Shown: positions 31,001 through 39,798 of the stretch, one piece after another | Numbering within the stretch: the first letter of the stretch is position 1 | Layout of the letters: each line of letters opens with the position of its first letter | Assembly: GCA_016839805.1 (NCBI GenBank) | Contig: JAEOTO010000032.1 | Span: 32,001 to 96,000 of the forward strand | Source of the DNA: Candidatus Hermodarchaeota archaeon | Lineage (GTDB): Archaea > Asgardarchaeota > Hermodarchaeia > Hermodarchaeales > Hermodarchaeaceae | DNA: 64,000 nucleotides | Reading direction: 5' to 3' | Notes under the pieces: generated by a model | What the model was told of the DNA's origin: nothing | The model's database searches: none | What the model saw: the letters and a program-made list of their open reading frames with translations, nothing else | Program-made: the position numbers and the translations under genes

Positions 31001-31755
31001 GTGGGGGCTTTTCGGCGGGATCTTGCGGTGACGTCTTGGGTGGAGCGTAAGATGCCGACGACGCGGCAGGGGTCGCCTGGTCGTGCGGTGTCGACGATGT
31101 CATCTTGGAGAATGCAGTCGAGGGCGCGTGGGAGGGCTCCAGGGGGGAGTTCTTCGGGTTTTTCTTGGAGTCGGATTTTTTGCCAATCAACAAACTTGGA
31201 CCGTTCGGGTATGAGTTCAAATGGTCCTTTACTTCGGCAGGTGTCGTTAGGACAGGTTGTGGGGGTGACAAATTGGTTGCCTTGTGGAATGGGACCTATG
31301 AGGTCTTGGCATTGGCGGCATTTGAAGAGGCCTTCGACGAGAAGGGGTTTAACGTCACTAACTCGAGTTACTAATGCATCAACCATAATGAGTTGGCTGA
31401 TATTTTCTGCGCGAATGGTTCGTACGGAAACGCGATCAGGAACTTCTTTGAAGCGTGCGTGAAGTTTTTGCGTAATTGTAGTTTCATAGTAATCTGGATC
31501 AACGATGCGGAGTATTCGTTTAATGGCAGCTGAAGCTGCGTCTATTGCCTGTTGAGGTTTTTCTTTTGTAGCAGCAGCTAAATCAGGATCAAAAGTTAGA
31601 AGATGGTTGAAATCAACTGAGATGGAAACGAGTTTTTCAAGACTTAGTCGTGATATGGCATCGTGGTAAGGAGTTTCGCCTTCTTCGGTTTTATAGGATT
31701 TGAAAAATTCTTCAAAGCGGGTGATGTAATCAATTTCTTCAGTCACCAATTTCAA
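28072..31755 (-). CDS. mcm: MCM replicative helicase containing an intein
   Basis: Zinc finger, GDPGTAKSQ, AAGLTAAV, CIDEFDKM, LLSRFD, TARQLES. Confidence 0.96.
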   Translation of the reverse strand: MKLVTEEIDYITRFEEFFKSYKTEEGETPYHDAISRLSLEKLVSISVDFNHLLTFDPDLAAATKEKPQQAIDAASAAIKRILRIVDPDYYETTITQKLHARFKEVPDRVSVRTIRAENISQLIMVDALVTRVSDVKPLLVEGLFKCRQCQDLIGPIPQGNQFVTPTTCPNDTCRSKGPFELIPERSKFVDWQKIRLQEKPEELPPGALPRALDCILQDDIVDTARPGDPCRVVGILRSTQDVTARSRRKAPTFSVFLATNYIAVSEREADRVEITPKEEKEILKLSKDPLVHRKLVNSIAPSIYGLTDIKEAISLLLFGGVSKVLADGVKIRGDSNILLVGDPGTAKSQLLKYVAQIAPRGLYTSGKGSTAAGLTAAVLRDPDTEGFALEAGALVLADRGTACLHPSSRILINNQLMTIEEAYTTTTPKSAISNGKKVMIGEIDAKVPSLTKSLDIIECKSTYIRKKECSDALLKITTETGFQTILTPDHMLLDGASLDWKMAQNFKTGDSLIAPLKLPGHKNPVQIFDIIPDDWIVCLNKSEKTELRDALLCDFPSLASINRFFGLRRDVLSGRSQMKVSSLREILAYLGLLEDWKKRNLSFGRKHKGDRLKVSTITPEMAYFFGFVFGDSWERINNRRSVLPIRQSIVNQAQIKRIQEFYSTFSNRSLRIYPRVTKNKIEDRIVLSNSLTLTAHSNLLALIFNFLTKDHLSNLHKLPDLSLSAYLAGIVDSDGCIEIKRDTRNSSEYNTVHIDIQCSNDRRENLALLLALRRFDCYGRLKPGRGVIHIQITARTDVEALLSAIKPFSVKVKPLPSPKRTLSSLSDKIPSKTVAQLATQISKLNTSMLIKKGLWSTIYSYKHQRYSPSRGQLQKIQTRLENQLSLSQHEIINNLLKRDYFLDPIMSIEEIPYIGPVYDLYVPKTHNFLADGLITHNCIDEFDKMRPQDRTAIHESMEQHTVSIAKAGIVATLNARTAILAAANPNLGRYVPERSFAENVNLPVTLLSRFDLIFTLTDLPESERDERTAEHIIALHKQRGGVKDPPIPGELLRKYIAFARRSISPELTDEALNVVKEFYLGMRKSGERENAPVPITARQLESLIRLAEAHAKMALREKVIVEDAQAAIRLVQVSLQQVGFDHETGEYDVDNIMIGRPRSQREKLRAILMMIRDLAKESPTGVPIEKLMERAKLANLSETFVQEAINQLVKEGEIYSPRPGILRFAGS
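28945..30549 (-). mobile_element. Intein (535 aa) with LAGLIDADG endonuclease, inserted just before the MCM Walker B motif
   Basis: LADRGTA|CLHPSS...LTPDH...LAGIVDSDG...NFLADGLITHN|CIDEFD. Confidence 0.93.
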
Positions 31756-32296
31756 TCTCCAAAACTTGTGTTTGCCAATTTCGTAGAAGAGTAACTAATC
31801 GGTCAAAAAGCCAACGTTCTTCGCCGGTCATTTTCTTTTTGATATTGCGTAAGCGTTCTTCGCGTAGAGATAATTTCATTAGTTTCAATAGTCTATTTGA
31901 GATTAAGTCACGCATTAACTGTTCTATTTTACTTTGGGCAGCTAATCGGATATCATTTGGTTGGTCTCTATTCTGTAGGGCTAGTTGCTCTATACGTTTT
32001 CGAACTAGGTAATAAAAATCAGAGGGAAGCGATTGAAGAACCGGCTCTCCGGCTTCTTGCCACAAAGATTTCTGGAGATCAGGAACATTAATTCCTGTGT
32101 CCTTTAGGTGAGCAGAGTTAGTGGAAATAAGTATATTAGCAATCCAACGAGGGACTGTTAATTCCCTGCCCTTTTCAACAGGACCGTAAGTAGAGTCTTG
32201 GATTTCGAATGCTTCGAGGGATTTGTTAGCGATTACCGTAACTGGAACGTTTTCGAAGTGAAAACTAAGAGTGCTGTTCATGTTTTGATCAGACAT
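31739..32296 (-). CDS. GINS complex subunit (Gins23-type)
   Basis: N-terminal B domain (VPRWIANIL), LPSDFY, RLLKL, MTGEE; lies directly upstream of mcm. Confidence 0.8.
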   Translation of the reverse strand: MSDQNMNSTLSFHFENVPVTVIANKSLEAFEIQDSTYGPVEKGRELTVPRWIANILISTNSAHLKDTGINVPDLQKSLWQEAGEPVLQSLPSDFYYLVRKRIEQLALQNRDQPNDIRLAAQSKIEQLMRDLISNRLLKLMKLSLREERLRNIKKKMTGEERWLFDRLVTLLRNWQTQVLEIEIGD

Positions 32297-32324
32297 TTTT
32301 ATTCCAATGCTTCCTGGATTTAAT

Positions 32325-33530
32325 TTAATCAATATTATCTCCTACGGATTTCCGACGTTGGAGAATTTCATTTACTCGTTCATCAAAAACTTCAACGGGA
32401 ATATCCATAAGAGTCAAACGCGCCCGCCGACCGCGACGTCCTTCACCAATACCTTCTACGACCTTTCCAATTATCCCTAGTGTTACAAGGGCATCAATGG
32501 TTTTTCTGAAAGTGGGTAAGGCTTGTTTTGTAACTCCAATTTCTTCACAGAATAACTGATAGTTGGAATAGACCTTAGCGATAGTCGTTGAGCTTGCTTT
32601 ATCAACTTTAAGCGTTCGTGCAATTGCAGCTAGTACTAGTATCTCTTGGTCGCGGAGGCCGTAGAGAACATCCGAGCGAAGTTCTGAGTACACTTCCTGT
32701 TTTGCTCTTCGAATTAAGTCTGGCGTAATAGGACGAACATTGAATCGATCAGCAGCTTTTCCGGCCCAGTATAACATTTCTATTCCATGACGAGCATTTT
32801 GTGTCGATGCTGCAATATTTGCCACCATACTAAGAATATCATTAGTTATCACGTCTTTATGGAAAGCGAGGGTAGACCGGAATTTGAAGATCTTATACAG
32901 TTCCTCTTGAGTATAGGAGGGCATGTCAATTCTATCGTGGAGCCGTCCTGAAAGGGGAAAACTGAGGGTGTTTTGCCAATCTACTACTCGACAAGCAATG
33001 AGTGTAGAGATATATGCTTGACCATGTTTAGCAACTTCACTGGCATGAATGAGGCTAAGTAAGTCTTGTCCAAGCAGATAGGCTTCATCGAGGCAGAGCA
33101 CCAATCGAATGTTTTCGCGTGAAAGTCGACGATTAATCATCGTAGTGATTTCTTCGTCTGAAAATCCACGACTTGTAACTTTGAACCGTTCTGTCAGTAA
33201 ATCACGCAGAATTGCGCTTTTTGTTCGAAACATAAAGCAGTCGTAGTATTCAAACTTGACTTTGATGTCACGTTTAGCAGCGGCTTTTTCCAGGCCACGT
33301 CCAAAATACCGGATGGAAACGGTTTTTCCTGTCCCTGGTTTTCCTACAACAGCTACATTAACAGCGTAAGCTGCATCCTTATTTAGTAATGGTTTGAAAT
33401 CGTGACTTAGACGAACAAGTTGGTCTTCACGATTAGGCAGCTCAGGAGGGATAAAAGCGGGATGAAGGGTTTCTTCATTTTTGAAGACTGACGCGCCTAA
33501 TAATGCCTTTTCAATGATATTCTCGCCCAC
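32325..33530 (-). CDS. cdc6: Orc1/Cdc6 replication initiator
   Basis: P.ELPNREDQ, GKPGTGKT, LCLDE, C-terminal wHTH ending GRRGR. Confidence 0.9.
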   Translation of the reverse strand: MGENIIEKALLGASVFKNEETLHPAFIPPELPNREDQLVRLSHDFKPLLNKDAAYAVNVAVVGKPGTGKTVSIRYFGRGLEKAAAKRDIKVKFEYYDCFMFRTKSAILRDLLTERFKVTSRGFSDEEITTMINRRLSRENIRLVLCLDEAYLLGQDLLSLIHASEVAKHGQAYISTLIACRVVDWQNTLSFPLSGRLHDRIDMPSYTQEELYKIFKFRSTLAFHKDVITNDILSMVANIAASTQNARHGIEMLYWAGKAADRFNVRPITPDLIRRAKQEVYSELRSDVLYGLRDQEILVLAAIARTLKVDKASSTTIAKVYSNYQLFCEEIGVTKQALPTFRKTIDALVTLGIIGKVVEGIGEGRRGRRARLTLMDIPVEVFDERVNEILQRRKSVGDNID

Positions 33531-33658
33531 GTGCGCACCCTCGGATAAGTATATGTAAGAAGGCTAGCCGCTTCACTGCACGAACAGAAGTTGCTGCCCA
33601 TAAAAGGATTTTCCACACTACGATAAAAGTAACTAGCACTCAGCGAATATACGGCTTG

Positions 33659-33889
33659 CTACTTCTTTCGTTTGTCCTTCTCTTTCTTGCCAAGCCACCA
33701 GTCAAGATAATCACGGCGTCGCTGGGATTTTGCGCGTTCTTCATCCTCACGACGAAAGGTAGATCGCTGCTCGTCCCATAAACGATCGAGCTCTGCACGC
33801 GAGACTGCCAGGCCACACCGTTTACACACTTGACGATTGGTTTTATAATCGAATTTCATTGTCCCTGCGCATTCAGGGCAGCGTGCCAC
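33659..33889 (-). CDS. Small zinc-ribbon protein of unknown function
   Basis: CPEC...CKRCG and a charged tail with YLDWW. Confidence 0.7.
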   Translation of the reverse strand: MARCPECAGTMKFDYKTNRQVCKRCGLAVSRAELDRLWDEQRSTFRREDEERAKSQRRRDYLDWWLGKKEKDKRKK

Positions 33890-33950
33890 ATTTTTTCACC
33901 TATTGTGTATCCTGATGGGACTAACTAACCGAGTGCTTTAACTCTTTGTG

Positions 33951-35783
33951 TTAAAGTACTGTGACAGCTTTGGCGAGATTCCTTGGTTGATCAGGATTAT
34001 GACCCCGAAGGATTGCAGCATAGTATGCCAATAGTTGAAGGGGAACTACATAACAGATTGGAGAAAACAGAATAGAAGGGAGAGGAGGTAAAGAAATAGC
34101 GTGATCACTTAAGTTAATGAGTGTTGTGTCTTGAGCAGAGCAAATAGAGATGATTTGAGCACCGCGTGCTTTCATTTCCATGACATTTCCTTCTAAATGC
34201 CGACGGGTTTTGTCATTGGGGGCTACAAAAACTATTGGGAATCCTGGTTCCACCAGCGCGATGGGTCCATGTTTTGATTCCCCTGCGGGATAACCTTCTG
34301 CATGGACGTAAGCAATCTCTTTAATTTTCAAGGCGCCCTCCAAGGCAGTGGCAGTACTTATTCCCCGACCAAGAAAGAAGAAATTTGATCTCGTTATGTA
34401 TTCCTGACTGGCGTCTTTAATTGCATTCTCTTGATTTCGAATGATTATTTCTATGAGTTCCGGGAACTGGTTCAGAGCGGCAAGCAACTCATTTTTTTCT
34501 TTGATTGTTTGAGCACCTGTGAGCACGCCTAAATATGTTGAAAGAGAAGCGAGAGTAGCTAATTGTGTTGCAAAGGTTTTCGTAGCTGCAACACCAATTT
34601 CGGGTCCCGCCTGTGTATACACAACATGATCCGCCATTCTTGTGATTGAGCTGCCTACCGTGTTGGTTATGGCCAACACGGTACTTCCCTGTTTCTTGAG
34701 GTGTTTAACGGCGTGTAGTGTATCAACGGTTTCACCTGATTGGGTAACTGCTAACACCGCAGTATCTTCTCCAAGACTGGACGCCACCGTATCTGTTCCT
34801 TCTGAAGCAATAACGTCATGCACAAGGAAATTTGATATTTGTGAAAACATGTATTTGGCTGCTAATGTGGCATGATAGGATGTTCCCGCAGCGACTGTTA
34901 TTACTTTCTTATGGTTATGAAGAACATCAGCAAAATTTTCAAAATCTGATTTCTTCATTCTGAGTGTGTCACGTATTGCCGTGGGTTGTTCATGGATTTC
35001 TTTTAACATGAAGTGTGGATAGCCACCTTTTTGAGCCATATCGATAGTCCATTGAACTTCAGTTGGTATCCGTAATGGAAGGCGGGTTGGGGACCCATTT
35101 TCATCAAGTCGTGTAAGAAGTGCACCGTTAGCGGTTAGGTGGACTAATTCATTGTCCTCTAATACAATGGTTTTCCGGGTCATTGGTAAGAAAGCGGGAA
35201 CGTCGGAGGCACAATAAATTCCTCGTTGACCAAGACCAATTACTAAGGGACTTTCTTTCCGTGCACATACCAATTCATTGCCCTTGGCTTCTAGTACGAC
35301 TATTGCATAGCTTCCTTCTAATTTTGGAAGTACTCGTGCTACTGCATTTTCAAGGCGTGAAGTATGATTAAGGGCATCTTCGATGAGATGGGGTATTACT
35401 TCTGTGTCTGTCTGAGAGCGAAATTGGTGACCCCCCTCAAGGAGTATTTGGCGGAGTTCTTGGTAATTTTCAATGATGCCATTGTGCACCACCGCAATTC
35501 GATCATAACAATCAGTATGAGGATGAGCATTGAGTTTTGATGGAGGTCCATGTGTTGCCCAGCGTGTGTGGCCGATTCCTATACTCCCAGGGAGGGTATC
35601 GAAATTTATTTGTTGGTGGATTTCATCAATCTTACCTTTGTCCTTCTTTATGAAAATGACTCCATTGGCTGCTGTGGCAATACCACTGGAATCATAACCG
35701 CGATATTCTAATCGTTTCAAGGATTTTCGTAATAATGGCGCAACGTTTCCTTTCATGTGAATAGCGCCAATAATTCCACACAC
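33951..35783 (-). CDS. glmS: Glutamine--fructose-6-phosphate aminotransferase
   Basis: MCGIIG, RGYDS, GHTRWATHG, PRNLAKAVTV. Confidence 0.97.
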   Translation of the reverse strand: MCGIIGAIHMKGNVAPLLRKSLKRLEYRGYDSSGIATAANGVIFIKKDKGKIDEIHQQINFDTLPGSIGIGHTRWATHGPPSKLNAHPHTDCYDRIAVVHNGIIENYQELRQILLEGGHQFRSQTDTEVIPHLIEDALNHTSRLENAVARVLPKLEGSYAIVVLEAKGNELVCARKESPLVIGLGQRGIYCASDVPAFLPMTRKTIVLEDNELVHLTANGALLTRLDENGSPTRLPLRIPTEVQWTIDMAQKGGYPHFMLKEIHEQPTAIRDTLRMKKSDFENFADVLHNHKKVITVAAGTSYHATLAAKYMFSQISNFLVHDVIASEGTDTVASSLGEDTAVLAVTQSGETVDTLHAVKHLKKQGSTVLAITNTVGSSITRMADHVVYTQAGPEIGVAATKTFATQLATLASLSTYLGVLTGAQTIKEKNELLAALNQFPELIEIIIRNQENAIKDASQEYITRSNFFFLGRGISTATALEGALKIKEIAYVHAEGYPAGESKHGPIALVEPGFPIVFVAPNDKTRRHLEGNVMEMKARGAQIISICSAQDTTLINLSDHAISLPPLPSILFSPICYVVPLQLLAYYAAILRGHNPDQPRNLAKAVTVL

Positions 35784-35842
35784 GTTAGTTCGCCTCTATG
35801 AACCAATTCGCAATGATTGAAGAAGTTTCCCATTAGGGTCGC

Positions 35843-37438
35843 TCATAGAAGTTTTGTCATATAAGGACCATCGTAATTGTATCCATGACGTGTGTAATAT
35901 TGCCTGGCTCCAATACCACTCGTGCACACAATCCGATCACGCCCCGCGTTTCGGGTATATTCCTCTGCAGCCTCGAGGAGCAGTGTCCCAATGCCACGAT
36001 GTTGCCAAGCATTATCTTGTATTGTCCCCAGATCAACTGATAATCCATACACATGAAGCTCGCGGATTATTGCAGTGTTAAAGGATTTAATTTCCGCACG
36101 GTGGGCTGTGTCACTTGGTATTCGAAGGCGAAGATACCCCACTAATGCGTCTGAATCGGGGTTTTCATATGCAAGGAAGAATTCCGTCCCATTAGAAGCA
36201 GGATATTGATCAACCAGAAAGTCTAATGATTTGATATCGGGAACCTCGGGTGTTGGATAACCACGAGATCTTTGTTTATATCCCACCTCTCGAAAACGAA
36301 TTGTTTGTAGTTGATTACCCTTTTCTTCGGCACGTTGGAAGACCAACTGTGTCAGGTTACCTAGATTTGGTCCTGCAACTATTAGCCGTTTAGGGATGTC
36401 ACGTTGCATCCGTTGAATTCGAACCCACCGAGGAAGGGAAGGTAGTATCTCAGCAAGAAGATCGATAATCTCCTCATTAGTGTAGGGAGTGTACTCTCCT
36501 CTTCGCCAGATATCAAATAGAGTACTTCCCCGAACTACTAGGCATGGATATATTTTCAACAAGTCAGGTTGAAACTCTTCACGTTTGAACAACTCACGGA
36601 AGACCTGCTGATCTTGTGAGGGGGTACTGCCTGGTAATCCTGGCATTATATGGTAGCAAACCTTAAGACCAGCATCTTTGGCATTCCGTGTTGCCTTGAT
36701 GACGTCGGAAACAGTGTGGCCACGACAAATTTCTGTGTAGATTTCATCATAGATAGTTTGAACGCCTAATTCGACTCTAGTTGTTCCAAGATCTAACATT
36801 TTGTCAACATGGTCAGGTGTACAATAATCGGGTCGAGTTTCAATTGTTATACCGACGGGACGAATGGCACTTCTTTCTGCCGATTTTATAGCCTCAGCCA
36901 GATTTTTCGCATTCATTCCATTCATGGCATCTAAACAGCGTTTAATGAAATTCTGTTGATATTTGTTAGATGCTGCCAGAAACGTACCACCCATTATGAT
37001 AAGCTCAACTTTTTCTATACTATGTCCCATTGCTTGGAGCTGGTCCAACCGGCTCTCTACTTGAAGATACGGATCATATTGGTTTTGTCTTGCGCGAAGA
37101 GTCGCAGGTTCCTCTCCAACATAAGCTTTAGGAGCCGTGGGGATGTTAGTGGGACAGTAAATGCATTGACCTGGACATTCCATTGGCTCAGCCATTACAG
37201 CAACAACTGCCACACCTGATAAGGTGCGAGTTGGTTTCTTTCGTAAAATAGTACTGACTTTTTCTTTCTCGTCTTTGGTTGCGTAACTAAGAATTTCTAC
37301 ATCAGACGGGAACCGGGAGAGTTTATACTGACGACACAATTTTCGTTTCAGACGCTGAAGATCGTTCTTATTACTCACTTTCCCCTCTAATGCAGCTTGA
37401 AGAATTGCTTCTGCAACACGTTCCAACTCAGCGTCCAC
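35843..37438 (-). CDS. elp3: tRNA uridine(34) acetyltransferase Elp3
   Basis: CPGQCIYC, ETRPD, RIQRMQRDIP, WQHRGIG. Confidence 0.95.
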   Translation of the reverse strand: MDAELERVAEAILQAALEGKVSNKNDLQRLKRKLCRQYKLSRFPSDVEILSYATKDEKEKVSTILRKKPTRTLSGVAVVAVMAEPMECPGQCIYCPTNIPTAPKAYVGEEPATLRARQNQYDPYLQVESRLDQLQAMGHSIEKVELIIMGGTFLAASNKYQQNFIKRCLDAMNGMNAKNLAEAIKSAERSAIRPVGITIETRPDYCTPDHVDKMLDLGTTRVELGVQTIYDEIYTEICRGHTVSDVIKATRNAKDAGLKVCYHIMPGLPGSTPSQDQQVFRELFKREEFQPDLLKIYPCLVVRGSTLFDIWRRGEYTPYTNEEIIDLLAEILPSLPRWVRIQRMQRDIPKRLIVAGPNLGNLTQLVFQRAEEKGNQLQTIRFREVGYKQRSRGYPTPEVPDIKSLDFLVDQYPASNGTEFFLAYENPDSDALVGYLRLRIPSDTAHRAEIKSFNTAIIRELHVYGLSVDLGTIQDNAWQHRGIGTLLLEAAEEYTRNAGRDRIVCTSGIGARQYYTRHGYNYDGPYMTKLL

Positions 37439-37507
37439 CTACTAATTGCACCTAAATAATCGTTAACCCTAGAAGAGATCCCTAATCTCAACTAAGGAAA
37501 ACCAATC

Positions 37508-37711
37508 CTACCTTCGAGCAGCTTTGGGTTGTCCAGCAGGAGTACCTCTTAGGATACGTTTCGCATAATTTCGACGATTGCGTAGCCGAGGAATCGGAGT
37601 AACACGAACCTTGCCCTTTACTTTGGGCGTCTGACTCCGAACCTTACCAGCTTTTTTACTCGACTAAAAGGACATCTTCTAGCCCGTAAGCGAGCCGTGA
37701 GATCCGGGCAT
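37508..37711 (-). CDS. rps30e: 30S ribosomal protein S30e, split by a 30-nt intron: exons 37711-37686 and 37655-37508, 57 aa
   Basis: Spliced product MPGSHGSLT|KAGKVRSQTPKVKGK...RNRRNYAKR. Absent from the ORF track because the intron carries in-frame TAG stops. Confidence 0.92.
37656..37685 (-). other. Bulge-helix-bulge(-like) intron in rps30e pre-mRNA
   Basis: Minus strand: GCTT-AC^G-GGCTAGAAG-ATGTC-CTTTTAGTC-GAGT-AA^A, a 4-bp central helix and 9-bp intron stem. Confidence 0.88.
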
Positions 37712-37856
37712 TTTGTTTCACTGCTTCGGTGTTTGCATTGTAAGCTTTAAGGATTTCCATTTGATGTGAAGATCTGAATGGTGTTGAAGGTCTTAGTTTA
37801 GGAATCTTTTTACATCCTCTTGAACTGGTAGGCAATACCCACATAGGTGTCATTAC

Positions 37857-39101
37857 ATGGATGGATTTCTTGTATTCAGTATTACAAGTCTTTATTGTTT
37901 AGACGAGCGATTCACAATTCTAGCAGAGAAGAAGTTAGGCAAAACACCTCAGGAAGTTGGAATAAATATTGATCGGCTTCGAAAGGGTGAGAAAGATCCA
38001 GCTACTGCCGTATTTATTCAAGAGTTAAAAACAAAAGGTGTAGAGCGATTTTTTGTTGAATCACAAACTTTGGCTGATATATTTACAATGCTTTATGATG
38101 CTAAGACTATCCAATACGAAGATATTGATCTGTGGCGTAGAGCACGGCGTGAGTTCAGTGGTTCAAACCTGACTACAGAGAAGCTAAATACTCTGCACCA
38201 GGTTGCGATCGAACTAGCACGCCAAGCCATTCGTGAAGCATCAGAGCAAGGTGATCAGTTAGTTATCCAAGCGATGAGTTCCCTTGATGATGTTGAGAAA
38301 GTACAAAACTTGATGGTGTCGAGATTAAGAGAATGGTATGGTTTACATTTTCCAGAAGCAGCTCATGCCATTGAAGATGCTCAAATTCTAGCGAAAATTG
38401 TGACAGAAGGAGGACGACGCGACAACATAGAAAAAAACCCTGAAATATTTCAACTACTTTCCGAAACGCCCGTAAACCCTGATTTGTTAGGTAAATCAAT
38501 GGGTGCTGATATTCCTCAACATGATATGGAAATGATTCAAGCCTTATCGCGCCAACTCCTCGATCTTCAAAAACTCAGAAAACAATTGGAAACATATCTT
38601 GATGAGATGTTACAGGGAATCGCTCCCAATCTCCGAGGATTGATTGGACCAGTGATAGGAGCGAGATTCATCACTTTAGCAGGAGGGCTCGAAAAGTTAG
38701 CACGACTTCCTGCAAGTACTATTCAGGTTTTAGGTGCAGAACAGGCACTATTTCGGGCAATAAAAACTGGAGCTCGACCCCCTAAACATGGCATCATTTT
38801 CCAGCATACATTAGTACACTCAGCACCCTGGTGGCAGCGAGGAAAAATCGCGAGGATTTTGGCAGGGAAAATTGCCATTGCCGCTCGTGTCGATTTATAT
38901 TCAGGAGAGTATGTTGCCGATGAATTAAAGCAAACTGTACTCCAACGCATAGCTGAAGTAAAAAGGAAATATCCCATAGCACCCAAAAGACCGCCCTCAG
39001 TAAAACCAATTAAAAGCCCGCCACGTCGGAAAAAATCCCATAAGAGAGCTAAATCACCTTCACATAAGAAATCTCGATCAAAAATGAAGAGGCGGAAATA
39101 A
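37857..39101 (+). CDS. nop5: Box C/D sRNP protein Nop5 (Nop56/58)
   Basis: RLREWYGLHFPE, PASTIQVLGAE, PPKHGIIF, basic tail. Confidence 0.95.
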   Translation: MDGFLVFSITSLYCLDERFTILAEKKLGKTPQEVGINIDRLRKGEKDPATAVFIQELKTKGVERFFVESQTLADIFTMLYDAKTIQYEDIDLWRRARREFSGSNLTTEKLNTLHQVAIELARQAIREASEQGDQLVIQAMSSLDDVEKVQNLMVSRLREWYGLHFPEAAHAIEDAQILAKIVTEGGRRDNIEKNPEIFQLLSETPVNPDLLGKSMGADIPQHDMEMIQALSRQLLDLQKLRKQLETYLDEMLQGIAPNLRGLIGPVIGARFITLAGGLEKLARLPASTIQVLGAEQALFRAIKTGARPPKHGIIFQHTLVHSAPWWQRGKIARILAGKIAIAARVDLYSGEYVADELKQTVLQRIAEVKRKYPIAPKRPPSVKPIKSPPRRKKSHKRAKSPSHKKSRSKMKRRK

Positions 39102-39796
39102 TGGTTAAAGTTAGGGAAGACAAGAAAAAAGCCAATCTGTATTGGTTAGAAATCGATGAAATGACTCAGCGTCCAGCAACAAGAAATCTAGTGAAGGGCA
39201 ATAAAGTCTATGGGGAAATGTTAGTTCAGGATAAAAATCAAGAGTTCCGATTTTGGGACCCGTATCGTAGTAAATTAGCTGCAGCCTTTCTTCGTGGACT
39301 AGAAGCTTATGCTTTTAATTCAGGCACTTCTGTACTTTATTTAGGTGCCTCATCAGGTACCACAGCCAGCCACATTTCTGATCTCGTTGGACTTGGTGGA
39401 GTTGTTTATTGTGTTGAATTTGCTCCCCGCGTAATGCGTGATTTGATTCAGGTCTGTTCAATACGTAATAATATGATACCATTCCTCGCGGATGCAAGAC
39501 ACCCCGAATCTTACAATCATATCCCTCAACTTGTAGATGTTCTTTACCAAGATGTTGCCCAACCGAACCAAGCAAAAATACTTGTTGAGAACGCTAAGCG
39601 TTTTCTCAAGCCAGGTGGAACTGCGTATTTAGCCATAAAAGCTCGAAGCATAGATGTTACGGCAAAACCAACACGGATATTTCAGCGTGAAGAAAAAACT
39701 TTGACTCAATCGGGATTTACAATTGTGGAGCGTTTATCCCTAAATCCTTTTACTGCAGACCATGTATTCCTAAGTGCTGTATATGGTGCAAGTTAA
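39101..39796 (+). CDS. flpA: Fibrillarin-like 2'-O-methyltransferase
   Basis: WDPYRSKLAA, YLGASSGTT, QDVAQP. Confidence 0.96.
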   Translation: MVKVREDKKKANLYWLEIDEMTQRPATRNLVKGNKVYGEMLVQDKNQEFRFWDPYRSKLAAAFLRGLEAYAFNSGTSVLYLGASSGTTASHISDLVGLGGVVYCVEFAPRVMRDLIQVCSIRNNMIPFLADARHPESYNHIPQLVDVLYQDVAQPNQAKILVENAKRFLKPGGTAYLAIKARSIDVTAKPTRIFQREEKTLTQSGFTIVERLSLNPFTADHVFLSAVYGAS

Positions 39797-39798
39797 AC

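Noticed and set aside
30885-31462. Pro/Ser-rich and antisense ORFs inside mcm (also 28642-28959)
   Set aside because: By-products of the local third-position codon bias, which removes stop codons in other frames
33531-33658. Replication origin upstream of cdc6
   Set aside because: No recognisable ORB repeats or AT-rich unwinding element in this short spacer
37757-37781. K-turn-like motif upstream of nop5 (possible L7Ae regulation)
   Set aside because: Bulge geometry is imperfect and the motif may lie upstream of the transcription start
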